Source: Candidatus Bathyarchaeota archaeon (GTDB taxonomy: Archaea; Thermoproteota; Bathyarchaeia; 40CM-2-53-6). From it: 64,000 bases of DNA. Where the stretch lies: NCBI GenBank assembly GCA_963706285.1, contig CAVPLU010000003.1, positions 64,001 to 128,000 on the forward strand, given 5' to 3'. This document shows positions 1 through 9,010 of this stretch, one piece after another. The notes under the pieces were generated by a model. The model worked only from the letters and a program-made list of their open reading frames with translations, was not told where the DNA came from and made no database searches. Each line of letters begins with the position of its first letter. The stretch's first letter is position 1. The position numbers and the translations under genes were made by a program.

Positions 1-184
1 GGAGCAGTACTGTTGAGGCGGGCGAAATAGAGATCGAGATACCACGACACGAGATGCGGTCATACACTAGAGACCAACGAGATGAAGAAGGTCACATCTC
101 GTTTAGCAATAGTTCTATCATGGCCTTTGGTGTCACGTCTCTGTTGTTCATTTGGTGCCCGCCAGAACGAAACTCCAGCCTATC

Positions 185-625
185 TCACCTGGACTTCGCG
201 TAGACTCTCTCGAGACGTGTTGCCACCACTACCAGAGCCAGAGCGAAGATCAGCCAAGGGAAATGAAACACGTACTCAACTAAGGCGAGGTAGACGAAGT
301 TGGGCGATGCAGCCCCCGACATATGAGCGCCATCGTGAACCCAGTTGAGAACGCTGAACCATGTTGCGATGAAGAATAGCACGAGCAGTGACCCGCGAAT
401 CTCTTTCGGCCATTTCGAATAGTTCAACGCAAGGTAGATCAGCAACGCGATACCAACGCCAAAGGCTAGAGCATCCCAGAAGCTCAGAAACATGAACGCT
501 GGAAGCAGCGACATCGGCGGCATATCCGTTGACGGAAATACCATGTTCTTGGCAAAAAATATCACGACGGTCAATGCGGCAGCAACCACTATCAAACCAA
601 TTGTAGTTACGCGCAAATTGCACAC
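185..625 (-). CDS. Hypothetical integral membrane protein (about 4 TM) with NWVHDGAH and EYVFH motifs
   Basis: 146-aa ORF with four hydrophobic segments and clustered His residues. Confidence 0.75.
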   Translation of the reverse strand: MCNLRVTTIGLIVVAAALTVVIFFAKNMVFPSTDMPPMSLLPAFMFLSFWDALAFGVGIALLIYLALNYSKWPKEIRGSLLVLFFIATWFSVLNWVHDGAHMSGAASPNFVYLALVEYVFHFPWLIFALALVVVATRLERVYAKSR

Positions 626-918
626 CTAGATGTGGTGTGCTGGCTGAGATTCTTACGCCTTGACATTGACAGATCCACTGAGTTCTCGCTGATTTCTTTG
701 TCTTGACGACGAAAATGAGGGTTCAAATTTAGACGCTCGCGCTATGGGGCTCGCATGCACAAAACAAACGAAAACGTCAAGGGAGGACGACTCAGATAAC
801 GACGACCGCGCTAAGCGAAATCGCCGCATGTCTTCTATCTAGTAGTTGTCGTCAGTAGACCTTTTCCGTGCTCTATATATCGCCCATGGTCTTATTGTGT
901 TGTTGAGGCAACTAGCTC

Positions 919-1104
919 TTGAAGACCCAGAAGTGCTACGAGGTTGACATCGAAATTGGTGCGAGATGCGCGTTCCTCGCAGGAAACAAGGCAGCTGCCA
1001 AAGCTCGAATCAAGAGACACATGCGAAGACTTCTCGGAAAACGACCGATCTACGCCTACAGGATAAGAATCGAAAAGATCACAGAGACCAAACTGAGAAA
1101 GTGA
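919..1104 (+). CDS. Small basic hypothetical protein
   Basis: 61-aa Lys/Arg-rich ORF preceded by a TATA-like CTATATAT at ~873. Confidence 0.4.
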   Translation: MKTQKCYEVDIEIGARCAFLAGNKAAAKARIKRHMRRLLGKRPIYAYRIRIEKITETKLRK

Positions 1105-1505
1105 GTCTCCGTAGCCTAGTGCGGAGAATTTCGGTTGTGTTCTCATGCAATTCACAAATCTACAACATGTGTGCGCACTGGCTATCCGTCGTCGCTCATG
1201 AGACACACGCGCAAGAAGAGACTGTCATAGATCGTTTCCTGTTCTTGATTGCAGGCGCGTCGATCCTTTTTACAGTCTGGAGAATATGCAAGCAGGGATA
1301 GGGTTCCCTTAGCCCGGGTCAGGCCCTCCAGGTTCTCCTCGTCCAAAGCGGGCTCTACAGGGCGCGAGCATGGCAATTTGAACTGTCGTTAGGGGTTGTT
1401 TTGTGTGTGCGTGCCAAACGATCCTTCATGTCTACATTAGGCTATGCTGTTTTCAGAGTTTGGTCTTAAATATCAGTATTCGACCTTTATGATATTGAAT
1501 GTCTT

Positions 1506-1889
1506 ATGTTCTGTCCTAAATGTGGCGGCAAGAATGAGGATAATGCAACGTTTTGCGTGAGTTGTGGAGCCCAGTTGAGTAAGTCTGCTCAACCTTCGCC
1601 TGTGCAGCCTCTTAATGTTCCACCTCCAAGTGGGGAAAAGAGTGCTGTGATTGCAGCGATCTTGAACTTCTTCTTTCCAGGTATCGGTTACTGGTACTGG
1701 GGATATCAGAAGGTTGTGACTGTCCCACCGGTGCTATTGTTCATAATTGTTATCGTAGTTGAAGTTCTCATTTGGACGTTTGCTTGGTTCTTTGCAGGCA
1801 TTATCCAATTTGCCATTAGCGCATTCTTTGCATACGATCTCTACGTGAAGACGACAGGTCAACGAGGCTGGATAGAAGCCAGCAAGTAA
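1506..1889 (+). CDS. Zinc-ribbon domain membrane protein
   Basis: N-terminal MFCPKCG...FCVSCG zinc ribbon, Pro-rich linker, TM2-like AAILNFFFPGIGYWY motif plus TM helices. Confidence 0.85.
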   Translation: MFCPKCGGKNEDNATFCVSCGAQLSKSAQPSPVQPLNVPPPSGEKSAVIAAILNFFFPGIGYWYWGYQKVVTVPPVLLFIIVIVVEVLIWTFAWFFAGIIQFAISAFFAYDLYVKTTGQRGWIEASK

Positions 1890-1957
1890 TCCCCGAGACT
1901 TGCATCAGACACCGAGGCATACGTGTGCGCGGGTCACTTTGTGCGCATACACAAGTC

Positions 1958-2602
1958 TTAGTGCTGTTGGGATGTGCGGACTCGCAATATCTTGAATGCG
2001 AACTGAACCGCAGGGCCGATGGCAAACGCAGAAACTATTGTTCCCACCCAAAAAGGTCCACCAAGTAGCCATCCTACGAGAACTGTAGCTGACTCAAGGA
2101 GCGTACGCGACCATCGGAGGCTCATCTTGCCTATTCGTGACAGAGCAAGCATCAGGCTGTCTCGCGGACCCGCTCCAGCATCTACCCCTACATATACTGC
2201 GGTTCCGAATCCCATGATCAAAGTTCCAAGGAGGAGATACGCGACTTGGACCCAGAGGACGGCAGGGGCGTCGGGCACAAACGGTTTGACCGCGTCAACC
2301 CATACGCCGATGAAAATCATGTTCGTAATCGTGCCCCAGCCCAATGGCTCCCGAAGAATCACGTCCAAGAGCACGACCACGAACCCCACGCCTATGCTGG
2401 CCTGACCAAGAGAGACGGGCAAATGGTAGGTAAGTGCCATATGCAGAACATCCCAAGAACTGAGGCCTAGGTTCGCTTGGACCATCATGTCAATGGACAA
2501 CCCGTATAGCAGGAACCCAATCTGGATCACCAAGAAATCATATGCAAAACGTCTCCAGCCCATCCAATGGAACTTGACGATCTTTCTTGCCACCCGCCTC
2601 AC
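1958..2602 (-). CDS. YczE/YitT-family membrane protein
   Basis: Duplicated ANLGLSSWD / GAGPRDSL motifs, GTI repeats, hydrophobic. Confidence 0.85.
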   Translation of the reverse strand: MRRVARKIVKFHWMGWRRFAYDFLVIQIGFLLYGLSIDMMVQANLGLSSWDVLHMALTYHLPVSLGQASIGVGFVVVLLDVILREPLGWGTITNMIFIGVWVDAVKPFVPDAPAVLWVQVAYLLLGTLIMGFGTAVYVGVDAGAGPRDSLMLALSRIGKMSLRWSRTLLESATVLVGWLLGGPFWVGTIVSAFAIGPAVQFAFKILRVRTSQQH

Positions 2603-2771
2603 CGGAAGCTAATGGCCGCGTCTTCAATTTCAGAAGTATAGAAAGATGCCTCAGTCACTGCGTATGTGTTCATAATTTTGTGTGCAATACTTCGCGCGAC
2701 AACAAAACGCGCCTCTCAATATGCCGGCCGAGTAGCTCTCTTCTCGTTACCGCCAGCAAGCAAAATTTGTC

Positions 2772-3464
2772 TCAGAAAGTCATGTTGGGAACCTGCACCG
2801 GAATCAGGTGCCCGAACAGTTCAGGCAGGTAGACGTAGTCTGCGTCCGGAGGAATCCTTCCTACCACGCTGAACGGGATCCCACTCATATCGAGTATTCT
2901 CAGCAGCGGAGAGTTGTATGGGCCCGGTTTTGCTGCAAGATGCTGGAGCCATTTGCGTGAGATCTCAACTTCGGAGTCCAGCATTCCGTTTAGGAATCCG
3001 CGAATATGCCATTCTAGCAGGCTTGTGAGGGGTCTTGACAGCCCAAACTTTTGTCCAGTCTTCCATTCTTGGAAGATCGGACGTGTGAACCCTGCTCGTT
3101 GGAGTATCGCGGTGAGGAGAGGAAAATGCTCTGGGTGGACTTGCACGCCAGTTAGACTTGCGAGAGCCGCATCTGTTGAACAGGTCATATTGGCGTCAAG
3201 CAGGCTTGTTCTGACATGGCATCTTATGGTTTGCCAGCCCAGTATTTTAGCTGCTTCGAGTCTGTGGGTTCCGAACACGACCTCATATCGGCCGTCATTT
3301 AGTGGTTCACTTACCAAGATCGGCTCGAACTGCCCCACCGCCATCATGGACTCTGCTAGTTCAGCTATTTTCGCGAAGTCCACAGGTCCCAGAGGTCTAA
3401 GGAGGAGGAGCCTGCTGGGATGGATCTGACGAATCGGAATATCTAGTATTTGGTCTGGGCCCAT
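2772..3464 (-). CDS. ParB/Srx-like N-terminal domain fused to an uncharacterised C-terminal domain
   Basis: LAESMMAVGQFEPILV...YEVVFGTHRLEAAKILGW is a ParB/sulfiredoxin-type signature; no obvious HTH follows. Confidence 0.75.
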   Translation of the reverse strand: MGPDQILDIPIRQIHPSRLLLLRPLGPVDFAKIAELAESMMAVGQFEPILVSEPLNDGRYEVVFGTHRLEAAKILGWQTIRCHVRTSLLDANMTCSTDAALASLTGVQVHPEHFPLLTAILQRAGFTRPIFQEWKTGQKFGLSRPLTSLLEWHIRGFLNGMLDSEVEISRKWLQHLAAKPGPYNSPLLRILDMSGIPFSVVGRIPPDADYVYLPELFGHLIPVQVPNMTF

Positions 3465-3715
3465 TGCTACAACTAGCCTTCAACGTGCTCGGTTGAGTGT
3501 CAGTTCAGTCCGGATTGTTATCTTACTGGATTCATAGCTCTTCCTTTGAACGATTGATGCATGCAACAGCAGTGTGCATATGCGGCGTTCATAACGAACC
3601 GGGTTTCACGACAATTGTGAAGGAGGCGCTGCTTCTTCGGCTTTCGCCTTGTTTCTACGCCAGAATATTGGATGCGAGAATGGACGGAACGGATCTTTCT
3701 TGAGGTGTTGTACTG

Positions 3716-3772
3716 GTACTGTAGCGACGAGCGTTTCGCACTTAAGTGCAGAAACGCTGTCGCTACACGTAC
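3716..3772. repeat. Long near-perfect palindrome (about 57 bp)
   Basis: GTAC-TGTAGCGAC-g-AGCGTTTC-GCACTT|AAGTGC-a-GAAACGCT-GTCGCTACA-c-GTAC. Confidence 0.85.
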
Positions 3773-3828
3773 GCATACGTTTCAGATCGTGTGGTTCTGA
3801 TAGTAGTCCTAGGTATGCAAATCTTCGC

Positions 3829-4651
3829 TTAGGCAGACCAGAAAGCCGCTCCAGCGAGCGTCGAACGTTTTGCCTTCCCAAGTTTCTCAAGTTGTTCCAA
3901 TTTGAGACGAGCCTTGTTCGAGGGAAGCGCAAATACGCGTTCGACTTCGACGAGGCTTGTTGGTCCTTGCTGCTTCAAGTAAGCGAGGATATCAGTCGGC
4001 TTCGTCTTCTTGAGTTTCCCGTCCGCAAGATAGTCGATGGCGCTCTCCATTACGGACGGCTGGAACTTCTGGTCCAAATAGATGGTGCGGCCGTGTCCAT
4101 CAGTCACGGCGACGTTGTAGAATCCAACATGGACAGGTGGCGCGTCCTCGCCCTGTTTTTCAAGGTCGGCTTTGAGGCTTTCTTGGTCGGCCCAATCATG
4201 TTTGAATCTTGTTACGTCTAGTCCAGCCTCTTTCACCGCTTCAAGAATCTTCACATTGTCAGTAACGTCTTGTTCTTCGACAATGTTTCGTCGCAAAAGC
4301 GCACGGTATAGGCGGTGCCCTTTCTCGTGGCTTTGACGAATCCCTGCCATTACAGCCAGCGTGGCAGGCAAGAGATTCTTGGGCATCTGGTCGAAATCAT
4401 AGTTGAGGTGCATGGGTACGCCCATGATCTCTTGTGATTCCTTCGCCCACTTGATCATGCCAGCATCGTCGAGTTCGTACTCCTTCTTGTACTCCTCGAC
4501 ATCCTCGTACACCGTGCCGTAGAAGGTTACGAGGTTAATTTGGTCGCCGTAGACCAGCTTCAAGCGATTGAAGACGGGCTCATAGCCCCACGACCACCAG
4601 CATGTAGGCGCTGTGAAGTGGACGACAGCGATACGATGGTCTATGACTCAT
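3829..4651 (-). CDS. DsbA/FrnE-like thioredoxin-fold protein (CxxS) with C-terminal winged-helix-like segment; probable frameshift near the start
   Basis: Frame of ORF 3829-4563 extends upstream to IAVVHFTAPTCWWSWGYEP; ATG at 4651 is one base out of frame. Confidence 0.75.
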
Positions 4652-4708
4652 CCTGAACCCAACCTAAGGAAGCATCTTCGTGCCAAATCAAAGCTTGAAT
4701 GATGGATC

Positions 4709-4999
4709 TCAAAGGGTGCTGGTATCGATTTCTTCTAAGAAGAACACTGTGGGCTGGTCGACGACTCCTGCCTTCTTCATGAGTTCTGCGAGACTCGGGT
4801 CGGAGAACATTGGTTTGGCTTTATCCAGGTCTGCGCATTCGAAAATGATAACGACTTCATTCCTGTCATGTTTGTTGCGCGTTAGCTGCCAGCTAGTGAA
4901 ACCTGCGTCACGTTGACGCTTAGCATCGCCGACGAAGAATGGCTTCCACGCGGCAAGATCCCGGACTTTGTGTCGAACAATGACTTTTCCCTTGTTCAT
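4709..4999 (-). CDS. Dimeric alpha/beta-barrel (cyclase/ABM-like) small protein
   Basis: VIVRHKVRDLAAWKPFF...MKKAGVVDQP pattern. Confidence 0.75.
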   Translation of the reverse strand: MNKGKVIVRHKVRDLAAWKPFFVGDAKRQRDAGFTSWQLTRNKHDRNEVVIIFECADLDKAKPMFSDPSLAELMKKAGVVDQPTVFFLEEIDTSTL

Positions 5000-5277
5000 C
5001 CGAAGAATTCCTCCGGAGTAACGGCGACTTCGTAAGTGTCAGGTACAAATGGTAGACTCAGTTTTGCCATTTCAGCGTAGAATATTCTCCCAGCCTCGTT
5101 AAGTCGCTCATACTTGTCCACGTGGAATATGAAGAGGAGCGTGCTCTGCTGAGGAAAGAATGGTCCTTCAATCTTTCCGCCGATCTTGGATTCAATCTTC
5201 GAATTGATCTCTCTCATCTTCTTCAAGTCGTTCTGTAGGTCGTCGCCTTGGTAATCGAGTCTAACCAGTATGATCAT
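4996..5277 (-). CDS. Small hypothetical protein, possibly ferredoxin-like barrel (GYD-like)
   Basis: 93-aa ORF, ATGA overlap with the downstream gene. Confidence 0.65.
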   Translation of the reverse strand: MIILVRLDYQGDDLQNDLKKMREINSKIESKIGGKIEGPFFPQQSTLLFIFHVDKYERLNEAGRIFYAEMAKLSLPFVPDTYEVAVTPEEFFG

Positions 5278-5286
5278 GCGATCTCA

Positions 5287-5469
5287 CTACTTTGCTGGCT
5301 TGAGGTGCGTCAAAGCCTCTGCTCTTGAGATTCCTTGAGGATAATCCGCTTTGTGGACGCGTTCTACGTGCATCTGAGCCACTGCCACAGCGTCGTCTTC
5401 ACCGTGCGGAGTAACGAAGCTGAAGCCACAAGGACATTCCATACTTAGTTTGGTTGCCAAATCCATCAC
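5287..5469 (-). CDS. DUF1059-like small metal-binding protein
   Basis: CPCGF...EDDAVAVAQMHVERVH pattern. Confidence 0.75.
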   Translation of the reverse strand: MMDLATKLSMECPCGFSFVTPHGEDDAVAVAQMHVERVHKADYPQGISRAEALTHLKPAK

Positions 5470-5685
5470 TACACAAATTCAAGACATGCGTCACGTATAC
5501 TGGTACTTCTTGTAATACCGCACAGAAACTGGACGAATGTCACTCGGGACACAATGCAGATTGTACGTATGGTTACCTATTGTCAGTATTACTGGGTCCC
5601 ATGCTGGGGATTTCGAGGACTCGCACACCTAGCCGAGCACACCTTGCTTCTGGGTGCGGGCACCTTGTGTCCACGTGCAGAGGCT

Positions 5686-6786
5686 TCAGACGGCCCCCCA
5701 GGTGTGCTCGCAGTTGCAGTAGCTTTTCCCGAAGTCATCGTTGTCTACCTTACGATTACGAGTCTTGAACTGGAAATTCGTGACCCTTGCTGGGTACTCG
5801 TTATAGAATATTCCATGCCAAATGGGTCCTATGAGGGGTTGCGATATGTTCCAGCAGCACCTTGCGTAGGTTTCCATCTCTATGTTGAGTTCGCCTTCGT
5901 CGGAGAATGCGTCCACACTGAATATTGGCTGATCATTCTCGTAACGTTTGGTTATTCTGATATCCTGCATGAAATACTCCTTCCCCTCCTCAGGGTCGTA
6001 GAAATTGAGTGTCTTCGAAACCATCTTTTCTCCCCAATCCATCAAGCTCTCGTGTGATATTGACTGCCTAAGCATTGGTATTCCGATATGCGGTAGGAAG
6101 TACTGTAGGTAGGCGCCATTGTCCCATTGTACTGTCGCCCAGTACCAGCAGGGAGTTATCGAGGATATTCGAACTTTCTGGAAATAAGACCTGCCCCTTA
6201 CGGGAGTCTCGGTTTCGCCCATTCGAATTTTTCCCGATGACGAGAGCGCCCTATACTTCAGCATAGAGTATCCCGTCTTTCCAGTGAAGTTCTTCCCTGT
6301 TGACACCAGTTCCGCCATCGGGTCTTTCCATCGCTGCATCGACAGCTCGATTCCAACATTCTCGCTGTCTACGTCCAGCTTGAGATCTGCAGGGCCGCCG
6401 TTGAAGGAATAGGCGCCGTGATCGCTTTCCATTATGATTCGTCCAGAATGGTCGTCCCATTCGGTTTCAGTCCGGCCGTTGTCGATGATAAGAGGATCAT
6501 GCATCTTGTTTCCATCATAGTACCAGGAGGCAACCATTGATTCGAATGTGCTGCGGTTTTCGTTGATCTCTATTGGGATTTTCGGCTCCCAGTGAAAATC
6601 GTTCACGCGGACCTTTCTGCAGTTCCGGGTGCCCCATAGGATCATGAGCTGCTTGGGGAATTCGGGGTTGTCTGGGTTTTCGAAAAAATGAAGCCACCAC
6701 CACCAGTGCCAGGTGCGGTTCTTGAGCATGTTCTTGGGATAAATTTTCCATATATCGTTGAAGACTTTGTGCATTCGATGCTTCAC
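5686..6786 (-). CDS. Hypothetical beta-rich protein, tocopherol-cyclase/CrtC (AttH-like) fold candidate
   Basis: N-terminal TWHWWWW, central GRSYFQKV...PCWYW, C-terminal CEHTWG; aromatic and beta-strand rich. Confidence 0.6.
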   Translation of the reverse strand: MKHRMHKVFNDIWKIYPKNMLKNRTWHWWWWLHFFENPDNPEFPKQLMILWGTRNCRKVRVNDFHWEPKIPIEINENRSTFESMVASWYYDGNKMHDPLIIDNGRTETEWDDHSGRIIMESDHGAYSFNGGPADLKLDVDSENVGIELSMQRWKDPMAELVSTGKNFTGKTGYSMLKYRALSSSGKIRMGETETPVRGRSYFQKVRISSITPCWYWATVQWDNGAYLQYFLPHIGIPMLRQSISHESLMDWGEKMVSKTLNFYDPEEGKEYFMQDIRITKRYENDQPIFSVDAFSDEGELNIEMETYARCCWNISQPLIGPIWHGIFYNEYPARVTNFQFKTRNRKVDNDDFGKSYCNCEHTWGAV

Positions 6787-6789
6787 TTT

Positions 6790-7155
6790 TCACTGCTTTT
6801 CCAATCTGAATAGAATGTAAGCCGCGGCAGTCATCCCTAAGAAAAAGTATAAGACTGTAACTTCTATTGGCAAAGTTCCGCGTATCATATAGAACGGAGA
6901 ACCATAGTAATCCCACAGTCGATTTCCAGTTCCATAGAGCTCCCACACAGCATCTGCTACAAAACCGACAACACCAAGCTCCAGGATCACGGGATCCCTG
7001 AACTTGACAAGTCCAGCTATTCCTATGGCACCAAACAGAATCATTAGGAACGTACTCATCCAAATATTTCTGCCCAATTGACTTGCAAGGAAAGTGGAAG
7101 ATATGATGATCAAGGTGATAATCGAGACTGTTGTGACGCTATTCTTGAGCTTCAT
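6790..7155 (-). CDS. Small membrane protein resembling the lycopene-cyclase (CrtYc/d-type)/DUF2878 domain
   Basis: 4 TM; WELYGTGNRLWDY...GTLPIEV.LYFF motif; ATG at 7155; 3 bp from the next gene. Confidence 0.6.
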   Translation of the reverse strand: MKLKNSVTTVSIITLIIISSTFLASQLGRNIWMSTFLMILFGAIGIAGLVKFRDPVILELGVVGFVADAVWELYGTGNRLWDYYGSPFYMIRGTLPIEVTVLYFFLGMTAAAYILFRLEKQ

Positions 7156-7527
7156 AAGCCGCGTGTAAGCAAGTCGCTGGCTTAAATTTTTGCAGTTTCT
7201 ATGCCCGTGAAAGTTGTGAGATCGACTTTCATCGCACTGCTTGGGGCGTGTGTTCTCAATAGTGTGGAGTCTAGAGCGGAGTCTCTCTCTTGGTGCGTTG
7301 CGCCGAATCATAATGACGCCGGAACAAATATTGGAGAATGGGAATGCCTATTGTGAACAATTCCACTGCTGTAGGACTCAAGAAGGAAATGAAGATCGAC
7401 CTCAAGAACACAGCAGGAGGCGTCACATTCCTGAGTAAAAGGAGTCTCACGAAAGCGGGCTGCAGACTTCGGTCTACCAGGTGATGCAAGGTCGCAAGTC
7501 TTAACTGGAGAGGCTTCATTCTGAAGT

Positions 7528-7592
7528 AGTGCGCGTGAGTGGGGCCTCCCACCCGTTGCGCTCAACAAACCCCGGAGTAGGGAGGAGAACGA
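7528..7592 (+). promoter_or_regulatory. Structured 5' leader of queT, riboswitch candidate
   Basis: TATA-like AAGTCTTAAC at ~7496-7505; stem 7528-7562; A-rich CAACAAAC; anti-SD CCTCCC (7545-50) complementary to GGGAGG (7580-85). Confidence 0.5.
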
Positions 7593-8133
7593 ATGAGAAA
7601 GAAAGAATACATTCTCCATGACTTTGGCGGCAGTTTTCGCCGCTCTATATGCCGTCGGCGTCGTTGTCCTTGGACCTGTCAGCTTCCAAGTGTTTCAGGT
7701 GAGAGTCGCGGACGCACTGCTTCCGCTGTGTATACTGTTTGGGTGGCCTGTGATTCTTGGTTTAACACTTGGTACGATTGTGGCAAACCTCTTTGGTGGT
7801 CTGGGACCAATCGACATCGTTGGAGGTAGCCTCGCGAACTTGATTGCGGGCTACGTTGCATGGAGAATCTCCCTGGATAGGGGGAAACCCTGGCTTCTCC
7901 TTGGTGTTGTATCGCAAGTAATGATCGTCACTGCAATTGTTGGAACTTACCTCAGCTACCTATTCGGGATGCCTGTTGAAGTCGGGTTGCTTGGCGTACT
8001 CCTAGGAAGTATAGTCGCTATTGGAATCCTCGGGTCTCTGCTCTTGCTGGCACTGTCATCGAAACGGGTATCTGCTGCATTCAGATCACGCGGAATCATC
8101 TTTGCACAAGTTCACCGAAGCACTAGTCATTGA
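7593..8133 (+). CDS. queT: QueT-family (DUF988/COG4708) queuosine-precursor transporter, ECF S component; probable frameshift near the start
   Basis: AALYAV...PVSFQVFQVRVADAL...GLTLGTIVANLFGGLGPIDIVGGSLANL; ATG 7593 follows a strong SD and is one base out of frame with ORF 7618. Confidence 0.85.
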
Positions 8134-8170
8134 ATCTCCACGCTAGTCTTTCCTCGGGAGCATGAGAACC

Positions 8171-8896
8171 TCACGAGTCCTGAGAGATGGGCCAGCTGAG
8201 TATTCTACTCTTCTCAAGCCCAATGAGGACAGGGACACCGACAACGATGGCAACTATAACGGCGTAAGCTGCTTCGAGAGGGGTCTGGATAGCACCTAAC
8301 ACGAATATTGAGGGAAGCGCCTCTATCGGGATCGGGTATGCCTGATAGAGGCCCCCAACTATGAGCATAAACACTCTGACCAAAGCATCCAACTCCACGG
8401 CCACGAAAGCAACCAGGGCAACAGCAGGAACTAGACGATGCGGACTCAGCTTGGTGGCTTGGAGTCTGTGCACAAGGAAAGCCGCGGCGAAGACGCCTGC
8501 GAACCCGATGTATGTGTCCCAAAGTGTCCACAAGGGAATATGCATCGTCAGCGGATGCGCGAGAAATGCCGCGAGCAACACTGCATAGATTCCGGCAGTG
8601 AGATACCATCTCCGTGTTATCAAGAAACCCGCCCCCAGTGCTCCTACAGCTTCAGCGATCCCGAATAGGTTCTCGATCCAGAAGCCATCAGGCCTCATGA
8701 AACGACCCCCGATCCAACCGATCGCTGCTGCAAGGAACCCAAGATAAGGACCCGCAATGATGCCTTCCAATGGCTCCATGACGATGCTCATTCTTCGAAA
8801 CCCGACAAGCGGAGGCGCGTACGAGAGGACAATATGAAGAGCTGCCAACGCTGCAACCACAGATACATACAGGCTTCCTCGTCCTCTCAGAGTCAT
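8171..8896 (-). CDS. ECF-transporter S-component-like membrane protein
   Basis: VAALAAL...EPLEGIIAGPYLGFLAAAIG motif, about 7 TM. Confidence 0.7.
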   Translation of the reverse strand: MTLRGRGSLYVSVVAALAALHIVLSYAPPLVGFRRMSIVMEPLEGIIAGPYLGFLAAAIGWIGGRFMRPDGFWIENLFGIAEAVGALGAGFLITRRWYLTAGIYAVLLAAFLAHPLTMHIPLWTLWDTYIGFAGVFAAAFLVHRLQATKLSPHRLVPAVALVAFVAVELDALVRVFMLIVGGLYQAYPIPIEALPSIFVLGAIQTPLEAAYAVIVAIVVGVPVLIGLEKSRILSWPISQDS

Positions 8897-8926
8897 GACC
8901 TCTCACCAAGCATGCAAAATCATCCA

Positions 8927-8958
8927 GCACCTGAATGCTGCATGCAGCAGTCCAGTGC
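8927..8958 (-). promoter_or_regulatory. Hairpin/palindrome in the leader of the S-component gene
   Basis: Perfect TGCTGCATGCAGCA (8936-8949) extended by CTGRA and GCAC/GTGC arms. Confidence 0.45.
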
Positions 8959-9010
8959 GATATTTCTTGCGCGTTTTGATTTCTTACAAACCTTCGCTAT
9001 TGTTTTGGCG

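Noticed and set aside
633-690. TPP-riboswitch-like GGTGTGCTGGCTGAGAT...ACGCC
   Set aside because: The 3' half lacks the CUGAU...UAAU...GCG.AGGGA elements, and it is antisense to the adjacent gene, overlapping that gene's promoter.
1292-1372. GC-rich stretch with GGGTCAGGCCC resembling SRP RNA helix 8
   Set aside because: No GGAA tetraloop followed by GAGCAG, and no surrounding SRP structure.
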